Of a stretch of DNA of 64,000 nucleotides, positions 28,378-37,475 are shown piece by piece; within the stretch, counting starts at the first letter, position 1, and every line of letters begins with the position of its first letter. The notes beneath the pieces are model-generated. The model saw only the letters and a list, made by a program, of their open reading frames with translations, had not been told where the DNA came from and did not search any database. The position numbers and the translations under genes were made by a program. Source of the DNA: Desulfobacterales bacterium (GTDB taxonomy: Bacteria; Desulfobacterota; Desulfobacteria; Desulfobacterales; UBA5616); assembly GCA_046483495.1 (NCBI GenBank), contig JAWODC010000067.1, positions 64,001-128,000 on the forward strand. The letters are read 5' to 3'.

Positions 28378-29637
28378 TCATGGGTGCAGGGTATCCGGGG
28401 TGAAATCCAGTGTGGCGAAATAATCGTGCAGCGTCTCCTCCCGACGAATCAATTCAACCGATCCATCGGTTTTCAATAAAAGTTCCTTGGGCCGGAGTCG
28501 CCCGTTGTAATTGAAACCCATGGCATGGCCGTGGGCACCGGTGTCGTGGATAACGAGAATATCGTCTTCCTCGATCGGAGGAAGCCGTCGCTCAACGGCG
28601 AACTTGTCATTGTTTTCACAAAGAGCGCCCACGACATCCGCCACCAGGGTTTTGGGCTCGTCCTTCTTGGCGGGCACACTGATGTGGTGGTATGCCCCGT
28701 AAAGCGCCGGCCGCATCAAGGCGGACATGCAGGCATCCACGCCGATATAGGTTCGATAGATGTCCTTCCGGTTGATTGCCGTTGTCACCAGGGCTCCGTG
28801 GGGGCCTGTCATGAATCGGCCGCTCTCCATTAAAAGTCGCGGCGCATAGCCGAATTTTTTTTCAAACCGTCGGAAAATTTCAGAAATCGCGCTTCCCATG
28901 GCATTCAGGTCAAGGGGTGTTTCATTCGGCTGGTACGGAATTCCAAGCCCGCCGCCGATGTTTATGAAATCAAACCGGATATTCAAGGCATTGGAAATAC
29001 GCACCACCTCATTTAGCAGCATCTCGGCCGTCATTACCATGTAGGTGTGGTCTATTTCATTCGACGCCAGCATGGTATGGAGCCCGAAATGGGATGCACC
29101 CCGATCGATTGCGGCCCGGTAAGCATCGATCAGCTGATCGTGGCTGACGCCGTATTTCGCCTCGATGGGATTGCCGATGATACGGCTGCCTGTTCTTCGG
29201 GGACCGGGATTGTATCGAAAGCAAATGGTTTCCGGCATATCCGGGACTTTGCGAACCAGGGTGATGTCATCGAGATTTAAAAGGCATCCGCCGTCTGCGG
29301 CCGCAGTTTCAAATTCTTCTTTTGAGGTGTTGTTGGATGTGAACATGATATCGTCACCGCGCCCCCCGATGCTGCGGCTTAATTCGAGCTCCGGTATGCT
29401 GCTGCAGTCGAATCCAAATCCCATATGTTTCATGATGCTGAGGATTCTCGGGTTGGGAAGCGCTTTTACCGCGTAGTATTCCCGGAATCCCTCGATTGAG
29501 GAAAAGGCGGTTTTCAGCCTCTCTCCGGTCTCCCGTATGCCCGTTTCATCGTAGATGTGAAAAGGCGTTTTGAAATGGCTTGTGATATCCGCCAGTTTTG
29601 GAAACAATCGATCCATAAATGAGGAAGACATCGGCAT
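28378..29637 (-). CDS. lysA: Diaminopimelate decarboxylase
   Basis: YAVKALP, INIGGGLG, ESGRF, MRPALYGAYH, GALCEN and DTGAHG; directly downstream of dapL. Confidence 0.93.
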   Translation of the reverse strand: MPMSSSFMDRLFPKLADITSHFKTPFHIYDETGIRETGERLKTAFSSIEGFREYYAVKALPNPRILSIMKHMGFGFDCSSIPELELSRSIGGRGDDIMFTSNNTSKEEFETAAADGGCLLNLDDITLVRKVPDMPETICFRYNPGPRRTGSRIIGNPIEAKYGVSHDQLIDAYRAAIDRGASHFGLHTMLASNEIDHTYMVMTAEMLLNEVVRISNALNIRFDFINIGGGLGIPYQPNETPLDLNAMGSAISEIFRRFEKKFGYAPRLLMESGRFMTGPHGALVTTAINRKDIYRTYIGVDACMSALMRPALYGAYHHISVPAKKDEPKTLVADVVGALCENNDKFAVERRLPPIEEDDILVIHDTGAHGHAMGFNYNGRLRPKELLLKTDGSVELIRREETLHDYFATLDFTPDTLHP

Positions 29638-29640
29638 GCG

Positions 29641-30870
29641 TCATACTCCTTTCAGCGCGGTCTTTATGCGGACAAGCGCTTCCTCGACATTTTTGCGGCT
29701 GTTGAAGGCACTGATTCGAATATAACCCCCGCCGCATTTCCCGAATCCGACACCCGGAGTGCAAACTACGCCGGCTCGGTTCAGCAGCAGATCGAAAAAA
29801 TCCCAGGAATCCCGTTCACCGTCGATCCAGATATAGGGGGAATGTATGCCGCCTGTGCATGCAAAACCCAGGGAACCCATTTCGTTTCGGATCATGGCGG
29901 CATTTTTCATGTAGTAATCCGTGAGTTCACGGATCTGCTTTTTGCCGTCATCGCTGTAGACCGCTTCCGCGGCCCGTTGAACAGGATAAGAGACGCCGTT
30001 GAATTTTGTGGTCTGCCTTCGATGCCACATTCGGTGAAGGGAGTGGGGCTTGTCGTCATGGTCATAGGCCACGCAGGATTTGGGCACCACCGTATAGGCG
30101 CACCGTGTTCCGGTGAAACCGGCTGTTTTGGAGAAGCTTCTGAACTCCACCGCGACCGAATCGGCTCCTGGTATTTCATAAATGGTTTTGGGAATGGCAT
30201 CATCCCGAATAAACGCTTCGTAGGCAGCGTCGAAAAGGATGAGTGCACGGTGTTCAACGGCGTAATCGACCCAGGTTTTCAAACGCTCCCGCGTAATAAC
30301 GGCGCCGGTGGGATTATTGGGAAAACAAAGATAAATCAAGTCAACGGCCGATTCGGGGAGATCCGGAACAAACCCGTTTTCCCGCGCGCACGGCAAATAC
30401 GTAATGCCGCCATACCGTCCATCCTGAAAAATGCCGGTGCGGCCGGCCATTACATTGGTGTCCAGGTAAACCGGATAAACGGGGTCCGGAATCGCGATTT
30501 GAATACATGTATCGAACAGTTCCTGGAAGTTTCCGGTGTCGCACTTGGCACCGTCGCTGATAAAAATTTCTTCCGCCGAAATGTCGGCATCCCTGGCTTG
30601 AAAATCCTCCAGCGCTATTTTATTCCGCAAAAAGTCGTATCCCTGCTCCGGACCGTATCCCCTGAAGGTCGCGTCACCCCTCATTTCATCGACCGCTGCG
30701 TGAAATGCCGTGATGCAGGCTTGGGGCAGGGCACGGGTGACGTCTCCGATTCCCAGGCGAATGATTTTCTTTTCCGGATTTTCGTTTTGAAATGCCGTCA
30801 CCCGCTGGGCGATTTCGGAAAATAGGTAGGATGTCTGAAGCTTCAGATAGTGCTCATTGATTCTGATCAT
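29641..30870 (-). CDS. dapL: LL-diaminopimelate aminotransferase
   Basis: [45 protein letters not shown] and TKFNG. Confidence 0.96.
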   Translation of the reverse strand: MIRINEHYLKLQTSYLFSEIAQRVTAFQNENPEKKIIRLGIGDVTRALPQACITAFHAAVDEMRGDATFRGYGPEQGYDFLRNKIALEDFQARDADISAEEIFISDGAKCDTGNFQELFDTCIQIAIPDPVYPVYLDTNVMAGRTGIFQDGRYGGITYLPCARENGFVPDLPESAVDLIYLCFPNNPTGAVITRERLKTWVDYAVEHRALILFDAAYEAFIRDDAIPKTIYEIPGADSVAVEFRSFSKTAGFTGTRCAYTVVPKSCVAYDHDDKPHSLHRMWHRRQTTKFNGVSYPVQRAAEAVYSDDGKKQIRELTDYYMKNAAMIRNEMGSLGFACTGGIHSPYIWIDGERDSWDFFDLLLNRAGVVCTPGVGFGKCGGGYIRISAFNSRKNVEEALVRIKTALKGV

Positions 30871-30886
30871 TTACCGCACTCTCCTG

Positions 30887-31354
30887 TCATATTTTCATTT
30901 TATCCTCGAGAGGAATTCGAGCCGTTTCCTTGAATGTCCCCAGCACGATACTGCTTTGAGTGGCAATGACGCCCTTAATGGACCGGATTTTATTTTGGAT
31001 GATGCGGTTTAACTCCGTGGTATCGGAAACCCGGACCTTCACCAGGTGACCGTCACCGCCGGTTGTATAATGAACTTCCTGAATTTCCGGTACCTCTGCA
31101 AGCATCCTGCCAATCGCATCCGAGTCGGCCTTTTCATCGGTTTTGATACTGATGAAGGCGACGAGGCTTTTCCCGAAACGTTTCGGGTTTAACCGGACTT
31201 CATACCCGTCGATAAACCCCTGTTTCTCCAGTTTTCGGATTCTTTCCAGCACGGCGGATGGGGCCATGCCCACCTGCCGGGCCACTTCGACGTTGGGTAT
31301 TCGGGCTTTTTCCTGAAGAATCTTCAGAATTTTAAAGCTAATATCGTCTATCAT
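30887..31354 (-). CDS. Lrp/AsnC family transcriptional regulator
   Basis: N-terminal HTH (ARIPNVEVARQVGMAPSAVLERIRKLE..G.I.GY) plus C-terminal RAM domain. Confidence 0.93.
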   Translation of the reverse strand: MIDDISFKILKILQEKARIPNVEVARQVGMAPSAVLERIRKLEKQGFIDGYEVRLNPKRFGKSLVAFISIKTDEKADSDAIGRMLAEVPEIQEVHYTTGGDGHLVKVRVSDTTELNRIIQNKIRSIKGVIATQSSIVLGTFKETARIPLEDKMKI

Positions 31355-31379
31355 TCGGAAATATCCCTAATTATCAGAA

Positions 31380-31408
31380 TTAGTACAGGAAGCATCACTC
31401 AAAGTCAA
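31380..31408 (-). promoter_or_regulatory. Putative sigma70 promoter of the lrp-dapL-lysA operon
   Basis: Minus strand TTGACT-N17-TACTAA just upstream of the Lrp start. Confidence 0.4.
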
Positions 31409-31435
31409 GCATTTTATGTTCAAGAGGCCTTACGG

Positions 31436-32230
31436 CTAATCTCCGGTGAATTTCGGCTCACGTTTTTCAAGAAATGCCGTGATGCCTTCCTTGTAGTCCC
31501 GGGTCGTGGCGGTCAGGGCAAGCTGATCCATATCCATATGCATGATCGCCTGATCGAGGGCCGAGGAGACCGCATTGATGCTGCGCTTTATCATTTGGGC
31601 GGGGATGGGGGGCATTGCAGCGTAACCGCGTGCCATGGCCATGGCTTGGTCCATCAGCTCCTCTTTCGGTGCAACGGCGTCCAGAAATCCCCACTCCATA
31701 AGTGTTTCTGCGGTTTCCTGCCGAGCGAGAATGATAAACCGCTTGGCACGGGCCGGTCCGATCAGGTGAACGCACAACGGCACGGAGACCCAGGAAAGAC
31801 TCATTCCCAACCGGCATTCCGGGTAAGCGACAAAACAGTCGTCTGCACCGATGCGAAAGTCCATGGCCGAAACCATGCAGGCCGCTCCCCCCAAAGCGCC
31901 GCCGTTTATCGCTGCAATAGTGATCTGATTGATGTCCAATACCTTTTTCAGCATACGCGGGCCGATATGGGATTCCCGAATCCGCTGCAGCAGCGGTGCC
32001 TGTGCGGAATCGATGCGCTTGGGATCGGTGAGGTCCACACCGGCGCTGAAGTGTTTGCCGGCCCCTGTAAAAATCACGGCGCGCGTTCGGGTGTCCTCGT
32101 GAAGCTCTGCCGTCAATGATTCAATTTCCTCCATCAGGTCCAAACTTAACGCGTTGAGCTTCTCCGGGCGATTCAGTGTGACCACGGCGACACTACCGGT
32201 CCGATCGATCGTGAGGTAAGAATAGGGCAC
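31436..32230 (-). CDS. Enoyl-CoA hydratase/isomerase
   Basis: LNRPEKLNAL, FSAGVDL, AAINGGALGG, YPE and FLEKREPKF; GTG start after AGGAG. Confidence 0.92.
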   Translation of the reverse strand: MPYSYLTIDRTGSVAVVTLNRPEKLNALSLDLMEEIESLTAELHEDTRTRAVIFTGAGKHFSAGVDLTDPKRIDSAQAPLLQRIRESHIGPRMLKKVLDINQITIAAINGGALGGAACMVSAMDFRIGADDCFVAYPECRLGMSLSWVSVPLCVHLIGPARAKRFIILARQETAETLMEWGFLDAVAPKEELMDQAMAMARGYAAMPPIPAQMIKRSINAVSSALDQAIMHMDMDQLALTATTRDYKEGITAFLEKREPKFTGD

Positions 32231-32406
32231 GTTTCTTCTCCTTTCTGAGGCACTCGTTGGGTATGGATGGGGCATAAAACCGTCAATAAATGAATTGACC
32301 TTATAATTTAAATTTGGATATATACACCATGTCTTCCAGGAAATCTCAACCGATTTCGAGAAAATCCGGTGATTCGAAAACATTCCATTCAAAAGTGAGG
32401 TGACGC

Positions 32407-33408
32407 ATGAAACAGGCTGTCTTCGAGAGTGCCAGGAATTTTGTCATCAGGGATGTGCCCCGGCCCGAACCCCTCGATGGGCAGGTGCTCGTGGATGTTG
32501 AATACTGTTCGATTTGCGGGTCTGATCTGCACTTGTATCAATGGGACTGGGAGCCGACGGATCCAAAGGGGGCCTCCTCACTGAACGTTGTCAGTGAAGC
32601 CTTTGGGGGGATTCCCGCCCATTTTATTCTGGGGCACCAGTTTTGCGGCAAGGTGGCGGCCGTCGGTCCGGGCGTTTCCTATTGCAGCACGGGCGACCGG
32701 GTGGCCGCTCGTGGGGTGGGCGCTTATGGCGAATTCGCTCTTTCGGATCAGGTGTATCTGCTGCCGAAAGAAATTTCCTATGAACAGGCGGCCTTCATCG
32801 AACCCCTGTCCGTTTCGGTGGATGCCGTTCGACGCGCCCGATTGTTGCTTGGGGACAGGGTGGTGATTCAAGGGGCGGGAACGATCGGTCTGTTTACGAT
32901 GCAATGTGCAAAAGCCGCCGGGGCGAAAAAAACGATTGTCACGGAAATTTCCGATTCGCGTCTGAAAACGGCCGAAGATTTGGGCGCCGATGAAGTTGTC
33001 GACGCCAAAACAACGGACGTATTGCAGCGTGTCGGCGAACTCACCGAGGGGTTCGGCCCGGACATCGTTTTTGACTGCACGGGAAATCCGGAAGCAAACC
33101 GGCTGATGCTGGATATGCTCCCCAAATGGGGCAGGGCGGTGATTATGTCGACATACACGGATCACTTCGAAATCGATTTCAACAGAATTATGTTAAAGTG
33201 CCTGGATGTCATCGGTTGGCTTTCCGGCACGCCGGACAGCTGGCAGCCTCGTTCCGATCCGTTTGTCATCGCCATTGATTTGATCAAAAAGAAAAAGGTG
33301 CTGATCGACCCGCTGATCTCCGCCGTTGTGCCCTTAGATGAGATTAACGAGGCATTTGCCGGACTCGAAAGCGGCAGGGAGATGGCGGTGCTGGTGAAGC
33401 CTAAATAG
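32407..33408 (+). CDS. Zinc-dependent medium-chain dehydrogenase/reductase
   Basis: ICGSDLH, GHQF (normally GHE), IEPL, GAGTIG and FDCTG; no structural-zinc Cys4 lobe. Confidence 0.88.
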   Translation: MKQAVFESARNFVIRDVPRPEPLDGQVLVDVEYCSICGSDLHLYQWDWEPTDPKGASSLNVVSEAFGGIPAHFILGHQFCGKVAAVGPGVSYCSTGDRVAARGVGAYGEFALSDQVYLLPKEISYEQAAFIEPLSVSVDAVRRARLLLGDRVVIQGAGTIGLFTMQCAKAAGAKKTIVTEISDSRLKTAEDLGADEVVDAKTTDVLQRVGELTEGFGPDIVFDCTGNPEANRLMLDMLPKWGRAVIMSTYTDHFEIDFNRIMLKCLDVIGWLSGTPDSWQPRSDPFVIAIDLIKKKKVLIDPLISAVVPLDEINEAFAGLESGREMAVLVKPK

Positions 33409-33549
33409 TGTCCATCCATAAATGGCCCTTTCACGCGATTTCTGCGTTGGACGCAAGATCGAAATCCTCAAAATAGCACACTATTCCTGCAGTTTCGATC
33501 TTGCGCCCGCCTTGAACTCACGCGAAATTGCCTATTTCTGGATGGGCAC
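33408..33549 (+). repeat. ~142-bp palindromic dispersed repeat, complete copy with TA on both flanks
   Basis: TA-GTGTCCATCCATAAATGG ... ATTTCTGGATGGGCAC-TA; inner stem CGCAAGATCGAAA / TTTCGATCTTGCG; core AATCCTCAAAATAGCACACTATTCCTG. Confidence 0.92.
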
Positions 33550-33712
33550 TAAATAAAAATGAATCGGCGTTTCGGTTTTCTATCGATCGAATCTGTCGTA
33601 TAAAGGAACCGGTCAAGAAACGTTTTATTCGCAGCCTTTTTGGTCATCGAGGCTGAAGCGTTTGCTCGCTCAATCAAAAAAGGACGCTGTCGGAAAGGAA
33701 GAGTTACTGCAC

Positions 33713-35128
33713 ATGACGAAATCGGAGCATTTCTTAAAAAAATTCGTGGAACCTGAAAGTGTAGCCATCATCGGAGCATCGAATAACCCCGCTCGCAACA
33801 ACTATCACCTTGTGGGCAACCTCATCAATTTGGGTTATGGTGGAAGAATTTACCCCGTTAATCCAAGAGAAAGCGAAATTTCAGGGCTGAAAACCTATTC
33901 GAATGTCGAGGACATCGAAGAGATTGTCGATCTGGCCGTAATCGGCGTTTCCGCCGTTGTAACCCCAAGTGTCCTCGAGGCGTGCGCGAAGAAGGGAATT
34001 AAGCGGGTTACCCTGATCGCTGGGGGATTTTCGGAGATTGGTTCCGAGGGCAAAAAAATACAGAGGAGAATGCATGAGCTTTTGAATCATTACGGCATGC
34101 GGGCCATCGGCCCGAACGCGCTAAGTCCCATAAACGTTCACGGAAAATTCGCCGTAAGTTTTCATGAACTGAAAAAGATCGAACCCGGCCGTTTGTCTCT
34201 GATTTTTCAGTCCGGCCTGTATGAACCGGCATTTGAATGGCTTTTGTCGGATTTTAATTTTCATTTCAGTAAGCTCATCGACCTGGGCAACAAAATGGAT
34301 ATCAATGAGGTGGATGCGCTGGAGTATTATATTTCCGATCCATTTACCTCCGTAATCGGCATTCATATGGAGAGCATCGCCGGCGACGGCAGGCGCTTTT
34401 ACGACCTGCTTCATGCGGCGGCACGGGAAAAAAAGCAGGTGGTCGTGCTGAAGACCGGAAGAACACCGGCCGGTGCTGAAGCGGCCGCAAGCCATACAGG
34501 TGCCATGGTTCGGGGCAATGATCGGGTGTTTGACGGCGCCCTGAAGCAGGCAGGTGCCATTCGTGTGGATACAACTGAAGATTTTTTCGATGTGACCCGC
34601 GCATTAGACCGCTTTTACGGGGTTGTCCCCAAGGGAAACCGGGTGGCCGTTGCCATGCTTCCGGGCGGCCTTGGCGTCATGGTGACCGACCTGTGCGAGC
34701 GGTCCGGCCTGTCCATGGCCCGAACCGAAAAGGCTACCGTTGAAAAGCTGGAAAAGGCCTTTCCCTCCTGGGAAATCGCTCCCAATCCCTGGGACTTGGG
34801 CGTGACCATGCAGTTCAAGGATCCCGTCACCGTCTACGGCACGTGGATACAGGCTATGGCGACGGACCCCAATGTGGATATGCTTGCGTTTCAACTTCAC
34901 AGCAAAATGCTGCTCATGCCCGAGGAGTTTTTCAGCCTGTTTACCGCCGCCGCTAAAGTCGGCAAACCCACAGCGGTTTGGATAAACGGTATAGAACCCG
35001 GCGAAAACGACGCGTTGAAATGGCTGGAAGAAAACCAGGTCGCCGTGTTCCGCTTTCCGGAAAAGGCCATCGCCGGTCTGGTTGCATTATACCGGTTGAC
35101 GCGACGTTTTGACCATTTTGATCGTTGA
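33713..35128 (+). CDS. ADP-forming acyl-CoA synthetase alpha-type subunit
   Basis: VAIIGAS, IYPVNP, GGFSE, IGPN, QSG, LGNK and phospho-His AASHTG; no ATP-grasp domain. Confidence 0.88.
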   Translation: MTKSEHFLKKFVEPESVAIIGASNNPARNNYHLVGNLINLGYGGRIYPVNPRESEISGLKTYSNVEDIEEIVDLAVIGVSAVVTPSVLEACAKKGIKRVTLIAGGFSEIGSEGKKIQRRMHELLNHYGMRAIGPNALSPINVHGKFAVSFHELKKIEPGRLSLIFQSGLYEPAFEWLLSDFNFHFSKLIDLGNKMDINEVDALEYYISDPFTSVIGIHMESIAGDGRRFYDLLHAAAREKKQVVVLKTGRTPAGAEAAASHTGAMVRGNDRVFDGALKQAGAIRVDTTEDFFDVTRALDRFYGVVPKGNRVAVAMLPGGLGVMVTDLCERSGLSMARTEKATVEKLEKAFPSWEIAPNPWDLGVTMQFKDPVTVYGTWIQAMATDPNVDMLAFQLHSKMLLMPEEFFSLFTAAAKVGKPTAVWINGIEPGENDALKWLEENQVAVFRFPEKAIAGLVALYRLTRRFDHFDR

Positions 35129-35228
35129 AATCGTTAAAAGGTTCCGAGCCATCCAAAAGAGATCATAACGATCGAAATGAGGAAGCCGAAACCTTTCTGA
35201 AGATCCGACCTGAAGACAAAGGAAAACG

Positions 35229-36173
35229 ATGATGAAAGATGCCCGAAAAGTGTTAGTGGCCGTCGACGGCTCGGAAAACGCCATGGATGCGGTCCGCTAT
35301 GCCGGAGAAATACTATCCCCCAAAAACATCCGTATTTGTCTGTGCCACATCCATCAGGAAATCCCGGAAGCCATGTTGGATTTAAAAAACATGCCCGGAT
35401 TCCATCATCAGTTGGCGGAAATCGGTTCATGGAGAATTCAGAACAAGCAGAAGATGGACGCATTTATGACCCAGGCCAAAGAAACACTTGCGGATGTCGG
35501 CTTCACATCTAAAGAAGTAAAAACCATCATTCGCAAAAAGCGCACCGGCATCGCCGGGGATATCCTTGAGGAGGCCAAAGATGGTTACCACGCCGTTTTC
35601 GCAGGACGAAGGGGTCTCAGCAGGATAAAGGACCTGCTTATCGGGGGCACGGCCAATAAATTGGTGGGGAAGGCCATGCGGATTCCTGTCGTTGTCGTGG
35701 GGCGATTGGCCAACGCGTCGAAGGTCATCGTGGCGTTTGACGGCAGCAAGAATGCCTTTAAAGCGGTTGACCGCCTGGCCGGTCTGGCAAACCCGGACAA
35801 ATGCGAAGTCGAAATATGCCACGTCATTCGATCGATTTCATCCGCAACTTCCCTGGGAGATGTGAATGTCCTGCCGGTGGAAGTGGAAGACACCTGGATG
35901 AAGGAAAGCATCCGGAATATAAAACCGCTGATTGCCGATGCAAAGAAACGCCTGATCAAATCCGGTTTTGAACCTGAAAAAGTAAGCGTCAAGATTCTTA
36001 CCCATAAACCCAGCAGGGCATTTGCCATTGTAGAAGAAGCCGAAGCAGGTGAATTTGGAACAATTGTTGTCGGACGTCGAGGACTTACGCTTGTTCAGGA
36101 ATTCACAATGGGGCGCGTAGGGAAAAAGATCGTACATGCGGCGACTGATCATTCCGTATGGGTCGTCGGGTGA
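35229..36173 (+). CDS. Tandem universal stress protein
   Basis: Two USP domains: VLVAVDGSENA..GRRGLS and VAFDGSKNA..GRRGL. Confidence 0.93.
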   Translation: MMKDARKVLVAVDGSENAMDAVRYAGEILSPKNIRICLCHIHQEIPEAMLDLKNMPGFHHQLAEIGSWRIQNKQKMDAFMTQAKETLADVGFTSKEVKTIIRKKRTGIAGDILEEAKDGYHAVFAGRRGLSRIKDLLIGGTANKLVGKAMRIPVVVVGRLANASKVIVAFDGSKNAFKAVDRLAGLANPDKCEVEICHVIRSISSATSLGDVNVLPVEVEDTWMKESIRNIKPLIADAKKRLIKSGFEPEKVSVKILTHKPSRAFAIVEEAEAGEFGTIVVGRRGLTLVQEFTMGRVGKKIVHAATDHSVWVVG

Positions 36174-36244
36174 GGGCCGGTTTTTTTCTTTATTGGATTT
36201 GCGAATATCGAGCCCGAGCCCTTACAGCTGTCGCAACCGGGGCT

Positions 36245-37462
36245 TTATTCGAAAACACCTTCGGCCATGCATTCCACGAGCTCCTCATCCGACATGTTCA
36301 AAATTTCGGAGCAGATAAATTCCACGTGCTGGCCCAGCAGGGGGGACGGCATTCGCGGCCGGCTGGGCGTCTTTGAAAGCATGTATGCCGGACTGTCATA
36401 GGTTGTTTTCCCCATAACAGGGTGATCCATAACCCAATAATGGTTTCGATGCTTTAGTTGCGGATCTGCATGCAGGTCCTTCGCGTTCTGGATAACACCG
36501 CAGGCAATGCCGTTTGCCTGCATTATGGCCATAACGTCTTCCGGGGTGTGGTTCACCGTCCATTCGGCCACCAGTATATCGAGTTCTTCAGCGTTCTCGA
36601 CTCTTCCGGCCGGACTTTGAAAGCGCTCTTCATTCCCCCATTCCGGATTTCCCAGGACGGCAAGAAAATGTTCCCATTCCTCATCCGTAAACACCGCGAT
36701 GGCGCACCATCGGTCTTCCCCTTTGCACGGATAGGCGCCGTGAGGGGATGCATAGGGGTGGCGGTTGCCCTGGCGTTGCTGCACCCGGCCGTTTACCGTG
36801 TAGTCGATAATTGCCGTGTCCAGGCAGTGGATGGCCGTTTCCAATTGAGACAATTCGATGTACTGCCCGATCCCCGTTCTTCGCCGGTAGTCCAGAGCAG
36901 CGATAACGGCCGCTGCCGCCATATGCGGAACGAAAAAATCCGTATAAGGACCATAGGCTCCGATCGGATCACCGTCAGGCCAGCCCGTCAGATGATTGAC
37001 GCCGGCCAATGCCTGGAGAACATGGCCGTAACTGGGATGATTGGAATAGGGGCCGTTTCTGCCCTGAGCCGACATGCTGATCATGATGATGTCCGGTTTG
37101 ACTGCTTTGAGATCATCGTAGGAAAGCCCGAATTTCTCGATAATGCCCGGCGTGAAACTTTCCAGCACCACATCCGAAACAGCGACAAGGCGCTTGGCGA
37201 TTTCAACGGCCTTCGGCTTTTTGAGATTGAGCGTAAAACTGTATTTATTGGCGTTTTGGTTGGCGAAATACCCGCTGTTGTCCTCCCCCCATACACCGTC
37301 TTTGAACGGTCCGACCACACGTAAAAGATCAATATTAGCGGATGATTCCACTCGAATGACTTCAGCGCCGTTGTCGGCCAGATGCCTGGCGGTCTGCGGC
37401 CCAACGGCGTACCATGAAAAATCGACGACTCTTATGCCTTTAAATACCCGTGTCCCATGCAT
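36245..37462 (-). CDS. Family III CoA-transferase (Asp-containing subunit)
   Basis: GIRVVDFS, GAEVIRVES, ESFTPG, PYTDF and SPLLGQH. Confidence 0.93.
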   Translation of the reverse strand: MHGTRVFKGIRVVDFSWYAVGPQTARHLADNGAEVIRVESSANIDLLRVVGPFKDGVWGEDNSGYFANQNANKYSFTLNLKKPKAVEIAKRLVAVSDVVLESFTPGIIEKFGLSYDDLKAVKPDIIMISMSAQGRNGPYSNHPSYGHVLQALAGVNHLTGWPDGDPIGAYGPYTDFFVPHMAAAAVIAALDYRRRTGIGQYIELSQLETAIHCLDTAIIDYTVNGRVQQRQGNRHPYASPHGAYPCKGEDRWCAIAVFTDEEWEHFLAVLGNPEWGNEERFQSPAGRVENAEELDILVAEWTVNHTPEDVMAIMQANGIACGVIQNAKDLHADPQLKHRNHYWVMDHPVMGKTTYDSPAYMLSKTPSRPRMPSPLLGQHVEFICSEILNMSDEELVECMAEGVFE

Positions 37463-37475
37463 GCCTCATTCCCCC

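Noticed and set aside
29842..30825. Long antisense ORFs (also 22062..22871, 36458..37324, 44183..45055, 55846..56589, 59297..60112)
   Set aside because: They lie opposite well-supported genes and carry no motifs; typical shadow frames
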